64,000 nt of DNA from a virus, in the IMG/VR virus record IMGVR_UViG_3300023276_001086, positions 32,001-96,000 of that record; one strand, written 5' to 3'. Below the pieces are notes generated by a model. The model did no database searches. It worked only from the letters and a program-made list of their open reading frames with translations, and had not been told where the DNA came from. Below, piece after piece: positions 36,756 to 46,873 of this stretch; the stretch's first letter is position 1; the number at the start of each line of letters is the position of its first letter. A program made the translations under genes and the position numbers.

Positions 36756-39700
36756 TCAACCAAGCTGCCCACGCGAACGATACAGCTCGTCAACGTAAGC
36801 TGCCACCTTCGCGGCCCGAGGAGCCCGCTTATCGATCCGTACCAAATTGTCGTTCCGATTCTGCCCCTCTTCGGACCTTTCCCCCGATGCCGTAGGTATC
36901 CCCAAGATATAACGCACAGGTCTGGCGCCCTCACCCTCTTCCGGCGGTATCAGGTTACGAAGGTTGGCACCATTCTCCCCGTGACCAAACGCCCGACTAT
37001 GGAATCCCTCGACACCACTGTTGACCCTCCCGTTGGCGGGATTGATCTTGAGGTCACGACTACCCAACATGTCGACCATGTCCGCAACTGGGCGCCAGTT
37101 ATACGCTCGGACGAACTCATTGACGTCCATCCCCGACTGGTGCTGGAGCGCACTGTAGGAGCGTACCAACAGATCGACGGCCCGCTCGATAGAGATGGCC
37201 ATCTCCGCGTCCTGAACCGTAGTCCCGTCATCACGAATAGGATCCTGCGGACCTCTTGCACGAGAAGCTGCGTCCGCCGATTGATCTTCGGCGTCTGCTG
37301 TTGGCGTCGCGGAACGCTGACCCATACTGATGACCGTCTGGTCTGTGATGGATCCAGTACCAAAAAACTGATTGTAGGTTCCGCCGATCTGGTCGTTACG
37401 CCACACGTCACTCATCCAAGGCGGCCGCATGAAGTCCTCGATTGGAACATTGACCTCGGCGGTCTCCCCCTCTTGGTCCTCCGTGATGCGGTAAGCCACG
37501 AAGGTCACCATGGTGTCCTCGTCGCCTACCAACGTCACAACCTCCGGACCGTAAGCCTCAGCCTTCTGGGTCAGGCCTACCTCAGCCTCGAGGTCCGTTC
37601 TACGAGGACCACCGCTCCTGAACGTCCCGAACAGAAGATGCTCACCAGTCTGCTGAGTGAGCCGCTCCACTGCCGTGATGGTGCCGTAGTTTGGACCCAT
37701 CTGCCCGATACGTGGTGGATCCTGCTCCGGCGCGGCCACGGTGAGACTATCGGTGCTGTTGGCGTCTGTGCGGCGCCGAATGGTGTAGCGGTTCGCTCCC
37801 AGAAGCTCATCGTTATCCCGGTGAGTTCGGGCGGTCGAGTATGTGTAGGACGTCGACGCACTGCTCTGGTTGATAGAGTGGTTCAGGCCCATGATCAACC
37901 CAATGAACTGAGTCGGAGCCGTCTGCCGTAAGATAGCCCAAGCGTCCAAGGGACCCCAATCCTCCCCGGGTGTAACAGTCCCGTCCTTGTTACGGACCAG
38001 GCCTGGGTAGTTCTGCGAGAAGGCCTCATCGAGAAAACTCACACCGCGCATACCCGACAGCTGTACCTGCTCCACCGTCATGGGAGCGTCGATGAGCAAC
38101 GACGGGAAACCGCACACAGCCCAGGGGTTGAACTTGCCAGAGGCACTCATAGCCCTTGAAGACCAACGGTTCTTGAAGAATTGGAAGTTGGCAGCCCGAC
38201 TCACGTAAGGAACTCGCGCCCCACGGTAGCTCACCTGGCGTGTCCTCGAGGCCACCATGTTGACCTCACTCATCCGCTCAAAGACAGGCACAACTCCGGT
38301 GTAGAGCTCGTGATCCATCAACCTCCCGGCGTAGGCCGCCCGTCGAAGAGTTGCGTTCTCAGCGTCGTCACGACGACTGCGGCTTTGCCTAACTCGAGAG
38401 TTGGTACCAAGAACCTCCACATCGGGAGCGTAGTAGACGCTGTTCAACAACGCATCCGACCCAAAGATCTCATCAGTGACCGTCAGCCGCATTCGAGTCA
38501 CCTCCCGCATGTGCTGACGGGAGAACTGGACCTGATTGTACAGTTCGGGGAAAATCACGTTACAGCGAGGAGGAGAGCACATGAAAATATCTGGTCTGAT
38601 GATCTGGCTGTTGAGCCTGGAAGACTCAATCACCGTCTCGGTGTAGCCCTCACTACGCGTGATGGGGATGGTCGCCTGCCCACCGTGCATTATCCGATGT
38701 GCCTCAGCGAGCTTGGTGAGAGCCACAGTTCTTCTGGCCTGCCCAGCATTTGCAAACCAGTACCGGTAGTTCGCCTCGTGTACCGTCTCTTCCTCGAGAT
38801 TGTCGACACTCGTCCACGTCTGCTCCTGTGTACGTAGCGTGGTAGCGAGAGCCCTGACAGCGACACCGGCTGCGTGCAAAGCGCTGTGTGCCCCCTGGAT
38901 GCTATACCGGGACTGGTACGGTTGTACGCCGATCTTGGTCGCCCGAATGGCATCGGCCAGACTGTTCAGTTGCCCCGACATCCTGCCGACTCTTGGGTTC
39001 AGCGTAGTGTTGACGTAGCTACGCAACGTAGTCATGTGGGCGACTACCTCACCCGAGATCTGCAAACCCCGAGTGGTACTCGTAAAGACCCGCGTAACCG
39101 AGGCGCCAGTCGCCACCCTACGCGTCCTCGCCCGCTCGAAAGAGTCTGCCGACTGATACATCGCAATCGGATTCGGGATCGTATTGTGGAAAATGAACTT
39201 GTTGAGGAGGTTCAGTATTTCCCGGAAACTGGCGATCTTGCCCAGCCTGCCACCGGAACTCCTGGTCCAACGGTTGAACGCCCGACGCGGAAAGAGCCGC
39301 TGACTCGAGGTGTCACTCTCCGATGCAGCAAGCATATCGATCAAATGAAAACGCAACTCGGCCATCGTGAAGAAATCGTTGACCCCACGGAAACCGCGAC
39401 GACTGTTGTACACCCCACCCACCCGCTCGAGCAGATGGACGATCCCCGACAAAAGCCCCGTAAGCTCAGGCCGAGCTCGAGAGCGCCGGTTGACTACATC
39501 AATGATCGTACTGGTGGCGCTGCTGAAGAAAGTATCGAAGAGCGTGGTTCCTGCACCAATGAACTGCGCCGTCCCGTTACCAGTGAGGGAAGAGACGTTG
39601 ACCTGGTACTGGTAGCAGGTATCCCAGTACACCGAGAGATCCAAGCACGAAAGGATGATGGACCGCTGGCTGTCCGACTTGACGAACTGGTAGCCGATAA

Positions 39701-40298
39701 CCTCCCCAGTGAAGAAAATTTTCCACAACCTGTCCTCTAGCTCTGGCTCCTCCGTGTAGGAGCTCCCGCCGTCATCGGAGCCGGTGTGCTGATCTGAACG
39801 AATAGCACCTGCGGCAGTGCTACCGTCAGTGGCCGGGAGGTCGCCTTCGGGCTGTTCGGCCCTGAGCTCATCCGGCAACCCCCGGAGCATCGAGCGACGC
39901 AACTCATTCGGAAGCTCACGCAGCACCGAGGTACGCAACTCGGGGGGCATGTCCCGCAATATCTGCATTCTTTGGTTGGCCGACGGGGCAGCAATAACAC
40001 TCCGGGCCGACTCACTCAGCGGTCTATCGTTCTCCGCCTCCGCCACCTCATCAGAGGTCGCGGCCTGATCCACATTCCCCACCGAGACAGTGGCCGCGTC
40101 AGACGGCCCGCCGTAGTAGTCTTTGAAGAATAAGTGAACAAGCGTCCTGGGGTGGAGCTCGTGCGCCTTGTCCGTAGCCGGAATCTGGATCTGACACTGC
40201 GCAGGGGCATCCGGTTGGATACTCAAGTTGGCTGAGATGACCGGGACCTCGTACCCCTCCAAGAACAACCGAAGACTCAGGTGCTGACCAACAGCCAC
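36756..40298 (-). CDS. Baseplate hub-like tail protein
   Basis: 1180 aa; LRLFLEGYEVPV, FFTGEVIG, PPRCNVIFP, GKFNPWAVCGFP; position downstream of the tape measure. Confidence 0.6.
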   Translation of the reverse strand: MAVGQHLSLRLFLEGYEVPVISANLSIQPDAPAQCQIQIPATDKAHELHPRTLVHLFFKDYYGGPSDAATVSVGNVDQAATSDEVAEAENDRPLSESARSVIAAPSANQRMQILRDMPPELRTSVLRELPNELRRSMLRGLPDELRAEQPEGDLPATDGSTAAGAIRSDQHTGSDDGGSSYTEEPELEDRLWKIFFTGEVIGYQFVKSDSQRSIILSCLDLSVYWDTCYQYQVNVSSLTGNGTAQFIGAGTTLFDTFFSSATSTIIDVVNRRSRARPELTGLLSGIVHLLERVGGVYNSRRGFRGVNDFFTMAELRFHLIDMLAASESDTSSQRLFPRRAFNRWTRSSGGRLGKIASFREILNLLNKFIFHNTIPNPIAMYQSADSFERARTRRVATGASVTRVFTSTTRGLQISGEVVAHMTTLRSYVNTTLNPRVGRMSGQLNSLADAIRATKIGVQPYQSRYSIQGAHSALHAAGVAVRALATTLRTQEQTWTSVDNLEEETVHEANYRYWFANAGQARRTVALTKLAEAHRIMHGGQATIPITRSEGYTETVIESSRLNSQIIRPDIFMCSPPRCNVIFPELYNQVQFSRQHMREVTRMRLTVTDEIFGSDALLNSVYYAPDVEVLGTNSRVRQSRSRRDDAENATLRRAAYAGRLMDHELYTGVVPVFERMSEVNMVASRTRQVSYRGARVPYVSRAANFQFFKNRWSSRAMSASGKFNPWAVCGFPSLLIDAPMTVEQVQLSGMRGVSFLDEAFSQNYPGLVRNKDGTVTPGEDWGPLDAWAILRQTAPTQFIGLIMGLNHSINQSSASTSYTYSTARTHRDNDELLGANRYTIRRRTDANSTDSLTVAAPEQDPPRIGQMGPNYGTITAVERLTQQTGEHLLFGTFRSGGPRRTDLEAEVGLTQKAEAYGPEVVTLVGDEDTMVTFVAYRITEDQEGETAEVNVPIEDFMRPPWMSDVWRNDQIGGTYNQFFGTGSITDQTVISMGQRSATPTADAEDQSADAASRARGPQDPIRDDGTTVQDAEMAISIERAVDLLVRSYSALQHQSGMDVNEFVRAYNWRPVADMVDMLGSRDLKINPANGRVNSGVEGFHSRAFGHGENGANLRNLIPPEEGEGARPVRYILGIPTASGERSEEGQNRNDNLVRIDKRAPRAAKVAAYVDELYRSRGQLG

Positions 40299-41647
40299 TA
40301 CAGCAACCCCGCCGAATCAACTATCATGCCGAAAGGCACCTCTCTGGGGAAGATGGGCGGTCTGGGCGGGCCGGCCGAACCGATAGCGGGAGCTGGATCC
40401 TGATTACTCCGGAGTCGGTTGCCTCCGTGTTCTATGATTTCCGTCTGCGCCCGCCCAGCGCGCCCCATCATATCCCAGAACTTCTGAGTCTCTGGGGGTG
40501 GCGGGAGCTGGGTAGTCGTAGCAATGACGGAGTCAGCGGTTGCGGCAACGGTGGTGCCCGCTGTGAGGAGCGCATTGACCCCTACGTCGAAGTTACGATC
40601 AGCCGCCAACCACTTGTCCGCCAGAGACAGCGGTGACGCGAGCTCCCCCGCAGACGGGGCAGGATCAAGCCCCTCCAAGAACTCATCCCTGTTGTCCGTG
40701 AACTGGCCACGAAGAGGGATCTTCCTCGGATACTCAGAGGCTACCCCCGGAGTCTGGAAGCTGCGCACCGTATCACTGATCACACTAGCAGTCTGGAGCG
40801 CCGCCACTGCCCTGTTCATGAACCCAGCTACAGAAGGATCACCCGCAGTGATGAGACCGTTTCGAATCATCGTACTGATCATCGCCTGATGGCCCAGGTA
40901 GGCAAAACGGTTCGCCTGAATGACCGCTTCAGTACTGAGTTCACGCTGAAGGTTTCGATTCTGCTGCCAGAGCTGGAGCGCCCTGGAATAGCTATCGAGC
41001 TGGGTGTAATCGATCTCGTTGGACGGGACCGGGTAGTTACGCTCGCCGAGCGCCGAGATATCTGTGTGGCCCGTGATGAACATCTGGAAGTTGAAGGGGA
41101 TGACGTTGGGCTGGTTCGCGTTATCGGTAGCGCTCGCCCCAACCATGTACCCCTCGACGATGACGTCGTCGTAAATGAGGTAGAGTCGGGCGCCCATCTC
41201 AACCAGACGTGTGCCGCGAAAGTACCGCTCGTAGTTTGCCCAGAACTCGGAGCGCCAGTTGAAGTCAGCGGTGTTGAGTAGCAGACCGCTGACCCGCAAC
41301 ATCCTCGGGGCCTCACCGAAGAAGAAAATGTAGCTCTCGCCAAAGGTGTCGACGATCTGCTGCTTCTCGTGACGCTCCTCCTGAACCGACTGCACCAAGA
41401 AGTTGGTGTACTGAGTAGTGAAGTTCATCCCCTCACTCTCAATGTGCTGCTCACCGGCCGCGTCAATCACAGGCATGAACGCCCCATTGGCGCCCATGAC
41501 ACGAATCATCGCGTAGGTGTTCTCCTTGATCTGTATGCCCCGCAGCGGTCGACGAACCGGCTGCTCATGTCGGGCATAGAGCTCGTGGACCATCTCCTCG
41601 CGCTCACGCTCGAACGGTTCGGATTGCGCTTCGATGTAAACAGCCAT
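40298..41647 (-). CDS. Tail tube-initiator/baseplate-like protein
   Basis: NFLVQSVQEERHEKQQIVDTFGESYIFFFGEAPR..VSG tube-like fold; synteny. Confidence 0.55.
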   Translation of the reverse strand: MAVYIEAQSEPFEREREEMVHELYARHEQPVRRPLRGIQIKENTYAMIRVMGANGAFMPVIDAAGEQHIESEGMNFTTQYTNFLVQSVQEERHEKQQIVDTFGESYIFFFGEAPRMLRVSGLLLNTADFNWRSEFWANYERYFRGTRLVEMGARLYLIYDDVIVEGYMVGASATDNANQPNVIPFNFQMFITGHTDISALGERNYPVPSNEIDYTQLDSYSRALQLWQQNRNLQRELSTEAVIQANRFAYLGHQAMISTMIRNGLITAGDPSVAGFMNRAVAALQTASVISDTVRSFQTPGVASEYPRKIPLRGQFTDNRDEFLEGLDPAPSAGELASPLSLADKWLAADRNFDVGVNALLTAGTTVAATADSVIATTTQLPPPPETQKFWDMMGRAGRAQTEIIEHGGNRLRSNQDPAPAIGSAGPPRPPIFPREVPFGMIVDSAGLL

Positions 41648-41653
41648 TGTCCC

Positions 41654-41941
41654 TCAGATCGTCATGCCCGTTTTGATGAGGGCGTCCTTGATTTCCTTGT
41701 CGACCGGCGGCACGGGGAAGCGGGCCCCAGCACCCCCACCCATCAGGTACGGGTAAGCCGACGCCCGAACGAGATTGAGGTATGGGTCTTCGGGGACGAT
41801 GGTATCACGAACGATCAACGTCACCCGTTGGCCCCCGACAGTGGACCGAATACGCTTCTCTCGGCGACCTATGCCGACGTCTTCGCTAGGTACGGGCCGC
41901 TCGTATGTCTTACCGAATCCCTCGCCTACTACAACTGCCAT
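41654..41941 (-). CDS. Hypothetical protein
   Basis: 95 aa between tape measure and hub genes. Confidence 0.55.
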   Translation of the reverse strand: MAVVVGEGFGKTYERPVPSEDVGIGRREKRIRSTVGGQRVTLIVRDTIVPEDPYLNLVRASAYPYLMGGGAGARFPVPPVDKEIKDALIKTGMTI

Positions 41942-41944
41942 AAT

Positions 41945-44900
41945 TTACTCGTCCCCATCCGGTTGAATGATTTCACCCTTCTTGTTGATGGTAATCTTGA
42001 AATCGTGCTTCTTGTTCATCAGCATTGTTGTGAGCTTGACCATGGTCTTCAGGTGCATCACCTGCTTCTTGGCCAAGCTCGGCAGATCCTGATCCTCATC
42101 GGGGGCACCATCCTGTCGATACCGCTGCGAGCGATTCTGTGCCAGGTCAACACCCTTCCTAAGAAGATCCTGCCCCGTAAAGCCGTCCGTATCTTGAATA
42201 TCAGCGAGATTACCCTCAAGGTGCTTAGTGAGACTGGCGGTCGTAACACCCTTGGCCAGATCTATCCCGCCCTGCTCCTGCATGTGCTTCATCAAGTCGG
42301 CCGTGTCCACCTGCTTGAGCCGAATCTTCCTCAACCAAGCGTTCTGCTCCCTCGGGGTCTTCCCCAAAGCACTGAGCCCCTCCTTAGTCATGGTGCCGAG
42401 AGACGCCTTCATGAGCGCCTTTATGCGCGCACCCTCTTGCCCCTTGCCGCCACTTATCAGCCGGCTCCCCTTCTCGAAATTGCCTTCCCCGACCCTACGA
42501 ACCCAATCGCGCACACCACGAATTGCCGCCGCCTGATAAACGCCGCGACCTTCGGTATCAGCGTCCAACACACCGAGGACATCCTGCCCAACGTCGGTGT
42601 GCGCGTACTTCATGAGCCAGCGATCTTCGTCCTCCTCGGGGTTGTCACCTCGCGCACGCTTGTCGACGATGGCTTGGAACGAGTTTGCGGCCACCTTAGC
42701 TTCAATGTCCTTGAGACCGCTTGCCTTACTGCGTAGGTAATCCTGGAGCTCCTCAGCCTGTTTCGCTCGAGGAACAATGGCCAACCCCTCCTGATTCGCA
42801 GCCTCGGTCTCGGCCATGTCCCTCAGTACCTCAGCAGTACCCTCCCCATCCTCCTCCGACGACTTAGCAATGGCCTTCATCGCGCGCTTGGTACTGACAC
42901 TCAACTTGCTGGCCTCCTCGCCAGACATAACCCCGCCACCACCGCCGCCGCCTAGCGTAAGAAGCTCGGCACGAGCCGCCTTCTTTTGCGAGGCGCTGCC
43001 GCTGGTCAACGCTTCCAACTGCCCAGCGAACTTCGAGTTCCCGGACATCAGCTTGCGGACACCCTCCAAACCACCACCAAACTTACCGCGCCACTCAGTG
43101 TCGTAACCAGATGTCTTCAGCACGATATCTCCGCGCTTCTTGGCACCCGCTGTGAAGAAATCCTGAGCAGCGTTCGTAGTCTTCTTCTGGTAGGCGGCCA
43201 TCGCCTCCCTGTCGTACGCCAACTTGGAGTACTTACCGGAAGAAGCACCGCCCCCGAAAGCGCCAATGTCGTAGTCAGACCCCTCGAGCTTGCCAGAGCC
43301 GGCCTCCATTATGGCCATCTTCTCCATGAAGCTCTTGCCGGCGGTCATCTGCCTGAACTCTGGGCTCTCCTGCTCAAGGAAATTGACCCGCTGAATGTGG
43401 GCATCCACAGCCCCGGTGGCCGTGGTCATAAGACCCACAGACCCAGCTGCATCGCCGCCACTCGTCACTGCCTGCTGAATACTACTCTCCAGCGCAGTAC
43501 GTTGCTCGTTCGTCATATCCACACCTGCCTGAGCGTTACTCCACTCAGACTGCATGGCTGTGAGGTGTGCGATCTTGGCCTTCCGGCTGGTCTTCGCCCC
43601 AAGACCGCCGTACTTGTAAGCTCCCATCGTTCGGAGACTTCGCTCGAGACCCTGCCCTCGCATACCCAGATTGCGCCCAGCGTTGGCGAGACTGAACATG
43701 GGAGCGTCACCGGGAGCGTACTCCCGACTAATCTTCTGAAGGAGCTGGGCGCTCTGCTCAGAAGACCGCCCGAACAGACCACCCTTACCCGTGGAGCGGA
43801 GTTCGATGGCGGCCGCCTTGCCTGCCTCCGACATCCGCAGATCAATCCGACCCTCCATCTCACCAAGAAGATCCTCGACAGCCTCGTTGACAGAATCAAG
43901 CGCCTCATCCCCGGCTCGCTTGATACGACCAGATACGTTCCGCTCCCACGACTGATTTACGCGACGACGGAAACCCTGAAAGCCCCCAACCTCACGAGCT
44001 TGCGACCTACCCTCCATCTCAATTTGCTGCCGCATCCGAACTTTCTTCTCTTGTAGGATCTCCGGCATCTTGCGGAACTGCTTGATGTCAATGTCGATCT
44101 CTTCCCGACTCCGACCTGTCTGCCGCATCAGCCAACGCTTCACCCTCGGGTCCTCCATCTCGAGGCCCTTCTTGCCCGCAATGTGCTGCCCAAGCATACC
44201 AATCATCATGCTTTGGCCGCCCTCAGCCATGGCTTGCCCAGCGATCCTATCCTGGTCGAGGAAGAACGAGCTCCGCCTACCTCCGGTCTCTCGAATGTTC
44301 TTCCGCCCCGAGCTGAGAACCTGCGCAAAGCTGACATCACCAGCCATGACCTTGTCCAACATGCCCTTGTCGACTCCGCCGTCCTGGTCCCACATACCCG
44401 CCAGCATGGCCCGGCCAGCACCACGCTTCATGAAGCGGCCGTTGCTCTGCATCTGTCGAGCTGCCAGAGCCTGCGCGCCGGCGGCACCAGTCAACCCACC
44501 CGTGGCCTCCGCTACATCCTCATCACTGAGAACGCCCATCTCCATGGCCAGGCGAGTGTTGCTGGCCATCTCCTTCATCGCGTTGGAGCCCGTGCGCCCG
44601 AGCATGCCCATGGACCGACCCATCATCGTGCCCTGCTGGCCGATCTGCTGCATCTCCTGGGTAGTCATGCCACTGGCACCGGCGAGCATCCGCGTCCGCA
44701 TGAGTGAGGAACTAATGTCCTGCCCACTGAAGAAGCCTTGATTACGCTGACCCTCCATGAGACCGGCCGCCTCATCGAGCGAAGTGTGCATTACCTTGGC
44801 AACATCCTTCAGAGTATCGACGGTCTTCTTGAACTTCTTCTTGAACTCATCGATGCCCTGACTTCCGCGAAAGAGCCCCATCTGGGCCGTCTTGTCCAAC

Positions 44901-45634
44901 GTGCGGGTGAGCTCGTCGAACCCAGTGAACATGTCGTTCTCGGACATATCCCGCATCATGGACGACATCTGGCCCATCTCTTGATTGTTGAAGCCCACGC
45001 CCCCGCGACCCCCGCCAACACCCATCTTCCCGCCGAACCGTTGCCTCATCACACGATTGACGTCCTGCCGCTCCCTGAAACCCTCGTAAGCCTGCTCCCC
45101 GACATAGGCCCCCACGGCCATTGCGCCAGCGGCACCCATGGCCGTCATGCCGCCAGCGGCCATGACAGCCCCACCCAACGGAAGTGCTGAGAGAGCCGCG
45201 GTACCGGCACCGTACCCGGCAACAGCCCCAGCGCCCGTCGCCATCCCACCAACCGCCCCAGCGGCACCAAAGCCCAAGGTAGCCAAACCAGCGACACCGG
45301 TAACGCCCGCGGCGATATTGGCCATCCCGGTGCCCATGCCCGCCATCGTGCCAAGACCGGCCCCAGTCAGTTGCTCCGAGAAGCCCTGACTCATGTACTG
45401 CCCGGGCATCTGGTAGGGCATCTGCGCAGCCATCTGCATCAGGCCGCCCTGTTGTGGACCCCCGCCCCAACTGGTGTTCATCCCGCTGGCTTGTGGGGGA
45501 CCTGGTGGTGCGCCGGGACCGTACCCGCCGAACATGCTGCCAGGTGGGCTAATTTGTTGGGCGTAGTTCGCCGCATTCCCGAACATGGCCTGCTGCTGCA
45601 TAGCCATGGCGCTGATCTGGTGGGATGACATCAT
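41945..45634 (-). CDS. Tail tape measure protein
   Basis: 1229 aa, A/G/M-rich and helical, with a hydrophobic GA-rich stretch; heads the baseplate operon. Confidence 0.75.
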   Translation of the reverse strand: MMSSHQISAMAMQQQAMFGNAANYAQQISPPGSMFGGYGPGAPPGPPQASGMNTSWGGGPQQGGLMQMAAQMPYQMPGQYMSQGFSEQLTGAGLGTMAGMGTGMANIAAGVTGVAGLATLGFGAAGAVGGMATGAGAVAGYGAGTAALSALPLGGAVMAAGGMTAMGAAGAMAVGAYVGEQAYEGFRERQDVNRVMRQRFGGKMGVGGGRGGVGFNNQEMGQMSSMMRDMSENDMFTGFDELTRTLDKTAQMGLFRGSQGIDEFKKKFKKTVDTLKDVAKVMHTSLDEAAGLMEGQRNQGFFSGQDISSSLMRTRMLAGASGMTTQEMQQIGQQGTMMGRSMGMLGRTGSNAMKEMASNTRLAMEMGVLSDEDVAEATGGLTGAAGAQALAARQMQSNGRFMKRGAGRAMLAGMWDQDGGVDKGMLDKVMAGDVSFAQVLSSGRKNIRETGGRRSSFFLDQDRIAGQAMAEGGQSMMIGMLGQHIAGKKGLEMEDPRVKRWLMRQTGRSREEIDIDIKQFRKMPEILQEKKVRMRQQIEMEGRSQAREVGGFQGFRRRVNQSWERNVSGRIKRAGDEALDSVNEAVEDLLGEMEGRIDLRMSEAGKAAAIELRSTGKGGLFGRSSEQSAQLLQKISREYAPGDAPMFSLANAGRNLGMRGQGLERSLRTMGAYKYGGLGAKTSRKAKIAHLTAMQSEWSNAQAGVDMTNEQRTALESSIQQAVTSGGDAAGSVGLMTTATGAVDAHIQRVNFLEQESPEFRQMTAGKSFMEKMAIMEAGSGKLEGSDYDIGAFGGGASSGKYSKLAYDREAMAAYQKKTTNAAQDFFTAGAKKRGDIVLKTSGYDTEWRGKFGGGLEGVRKLMSGNSKFAGQLEALTSGSASQKKAARAELLTLGGGGGGGVMSGEEASKLSVSTKRAMKAIAKSSEEDGEGTAEVLRDMAETEAANQEGLAIVPRAKQAEELQDYLRSKASGLKDIEAKVAANSFQAIVDKRARGDNPEEDEDRWLMKYAHTDVGQDVLGVLDADTEGRGVYQAAAIRGVRDWVRRVGEGNFEKGSRLISGGKGQEGARIKALMKASLGTMTKEGLSALGKTPREQNAWLRKIRLKQVDTADLMKHMQEQGGIDLAKGVTTASLTKHLEGNLADIQDTDGFTGQDLLRKGVDLAQNRSQRYRQDGAPDEDQDLPSLAKKQVMHLKTMVKLTTMLMNKKHDFKITINKKGEIIQPDGDE

Positions 45635-45695
45635 GAGGACACCTCAGCTCTGCGACTCTCTATCATACGAACCCCTCTGAGCAGATTACCACAGC

Positions 45696-45723
45696 GAAAG
45701 AACGACAGCGTTTTGGGCATAAG
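45696..45723 (+). promoter_or_regulatory. Phage promoter motif GAAA-N15-GGGCATAAG
   Basis: Same spacing as four other plus-strand copies; upstream of the AGGAGG RBS of 45747. Confidence 0.65.
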
Positions 45724-45746
45724 AACGGTACAGAAAGGAGGCTTCT

Positions 45747-46088
45747 ATGTTGGAAGCCCTTGCAATTTTCTTCGGCCTCGGCGCGGCCGCAGAAATAGTT
45801 GGTGTTCTGGTAGGCACCAACGCAGGCATCAACGCCGCCGGCAAGGCCGTAGAGACGTACGGCGACAAAGTACGAACGGAAACGAGAGCCGAGTGCGACG
45901 AGGAGATGGCCAAGAGGGCCGTGGAATCGTCGGCCGCGGCCACAGACAAGGCCAACAAAGCGTGGGGAGAGGCGATGAAAGGCGTCCAGAAGACCCACGC
46001 CAAAGAGATGGTCAGGGCAGCAGAGACTGCCCAAAACAATGCGGTCAGGGCGCTGATCGCGTCCGGCCATCTCCGCAATCCTGAGTAG
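45747..46088 (+). CDS. Small membrane-anchored Ala-rich coiled-coil protein
   Basis: 113 aa; strong RBS AAGGAGG; N-terminal hydrophobic segment; own promoter and terminator. Confidence 0.75.
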   Translation: MLEALAIFFGLGAAAEIVGVLVGTNAGINAAGKAVETYGDKVRTETRAECDEEMAKRAVESSAAATDKANKAWGEAMKGVQKTHAKEMVRAAETAQNNAVRALIASGHLRNPE

Positions 46089-46124
46089 CCGGCTCACCTA
46101 CCCACCTCCGGCTCTTTCTTAGCT
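46087..46124 (+). terminator. Hairpin (AGCCGG/CCGGCT) followed by TTTCTTAGCT
   Basis: Directly after the stop codon; motif recurs at other unit ends. Confidence 0.55.
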
Positions 46125-46126
46125 AG

Positions 46127-46154
46127 GCAAGACGACCACACCAATCGGTATAAG
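46127..46154 (+). promoter_or_regulatory. Phage promoter motif GCAA-N15-CGGTATAAG
   Basis: Matches motif geometry; no ORF downstream. Confidence 0.55.
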
Positions 46155-46159
46155 AGTCT

Positions 46160-46230
46160 TGAGTTGAACTGGTATCAGAATGCGTAAAGCAGACTCACCC
46201 GGGACTACTGGCGGCCGACCTTTCTTAGCT
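46160..46230 (+). ncRNA. Candidate ~70-nt small RNA (three-way junction plus hairpin)
   Basis: Between the promoter motif and TTTCTTAGCT; TGAGTT/GACTCA encloses CTG-GTAT-CAG and TGC-GTAAA-GCA. Confidence 0.5.
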
Positions 46231-46434
46231 GAGCATGTACTGCCGTATGAGGAACGTCTTGATCGCCGCAGCCTCATACGGAATCAGCGGGCTGTCCTTC
46301 TTCTCCTGCGTCAGCCACGTGCTGTACTCCATTAGGACCCTGTCCAACGTCTCCGACAACTCCTTCAGCGACTTCGGCTTCCGCGCCAGGTGCAACACAA
46401 TCTCCTGATTCTGTGGCCACTTCTTCTCCGCCAT
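46225..46434 (-). CDS. Hypothetical protein (MAEKKWPQNQ...)
   Basis: 69 aa at the 3' end of ORF 46225..46641; GGAG RBS. Confidence 0.55.
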   Translation of the reverse strand: MAEKKWPQNQEIVLHLARKPKSLKELSETLDRVLMEYSTWLTQEKKDSPLIPYEAAAIKTFLIRQYMLS

Positions 46435-46873
46435 CGGGTGCCTGCTCCTCTCCGAAGTCCCCACCGAACTCCTGGGTCTCCACTTCTGGTTCGGCTGTTT
46501 CCTGTTGCGCGCCAATCTCCTGCGACGCTGCCTCGAGAGCCTCCTTCTTGGCGTTTTCGAGCTGCTTGGCCTCGAGCTCCTTCTGCTCCTCTGCGCGCTT
46601 GGAGAGCTCCTGATCCACCAACGCGTCAAAGGCCGCGTCATCGATCTTCAGGTGCTCACGAATGATGCGACGCATAACGGAAACACGGACACCATTCGTG
46701 TAGACCATGTTACCGATCTCACGCTCATTCTTGAACAGCAGACCAATGTGCTGGTTGACGCTCGAGATGACGTTATCGAGCTTTTGATCCAGCAGCTTTA
46801 TTGCCTTTAGAGGCCTTAGTCCCCCGCTTTTTTGCTGAGGCTTTTTTGTCGCTTTTCCGCTTCTTCTCCCCAT
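46274..46873 (-). CDS. Hypothetical coiled-coil protein with acidic tail
   Basis: 199 aa; GGAGGTAGGAG RBS. Confidence 0.6.
   Translation of the reverse strand: MGRRSGKATKKPQQKSGGLRPLKAIKLLDQKLDNVISSVNQHIGLLFKNEREIGNMVYTNGVRVSVMRRIIREHLKIDDAAFDALVDQELSKRAEEQKELEAKQLENAKKEALEAASQEIGAQQETAEPEVETQEFGGDFGEEQAPDGGEEVATESGDCVAPGAEAEVAEGVVGDVGQGPNGVQHVADAGEEGQPADSV

Noticed and set aside
1091-45628. Many long plus-strand ORFs (e.g. 19645..21195, 36588..37931, 41369..42736)
   Set aside because: Antisense shadows of high-GC minus-strand genes; no motifs and no RBS.
3757-45634. Bacterial contractile injection system (eCIS/tailocin) rather than phage
   Set aside because: The surrounding dense small hypothetical genes, stand-alone groES, thyA, rnhB and cca, and the lack of host operons fit a large phage better, although capsid genes are outside the window.
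46154-46200. Mini-tRNA or hammerhead ribozyme
   Set aside because: GAGTCT/AGACTC-ACC looks acceptor-like, but there is no T-arm and it starts inside the promoter; no CUGANGA/GAAA core on either strand.
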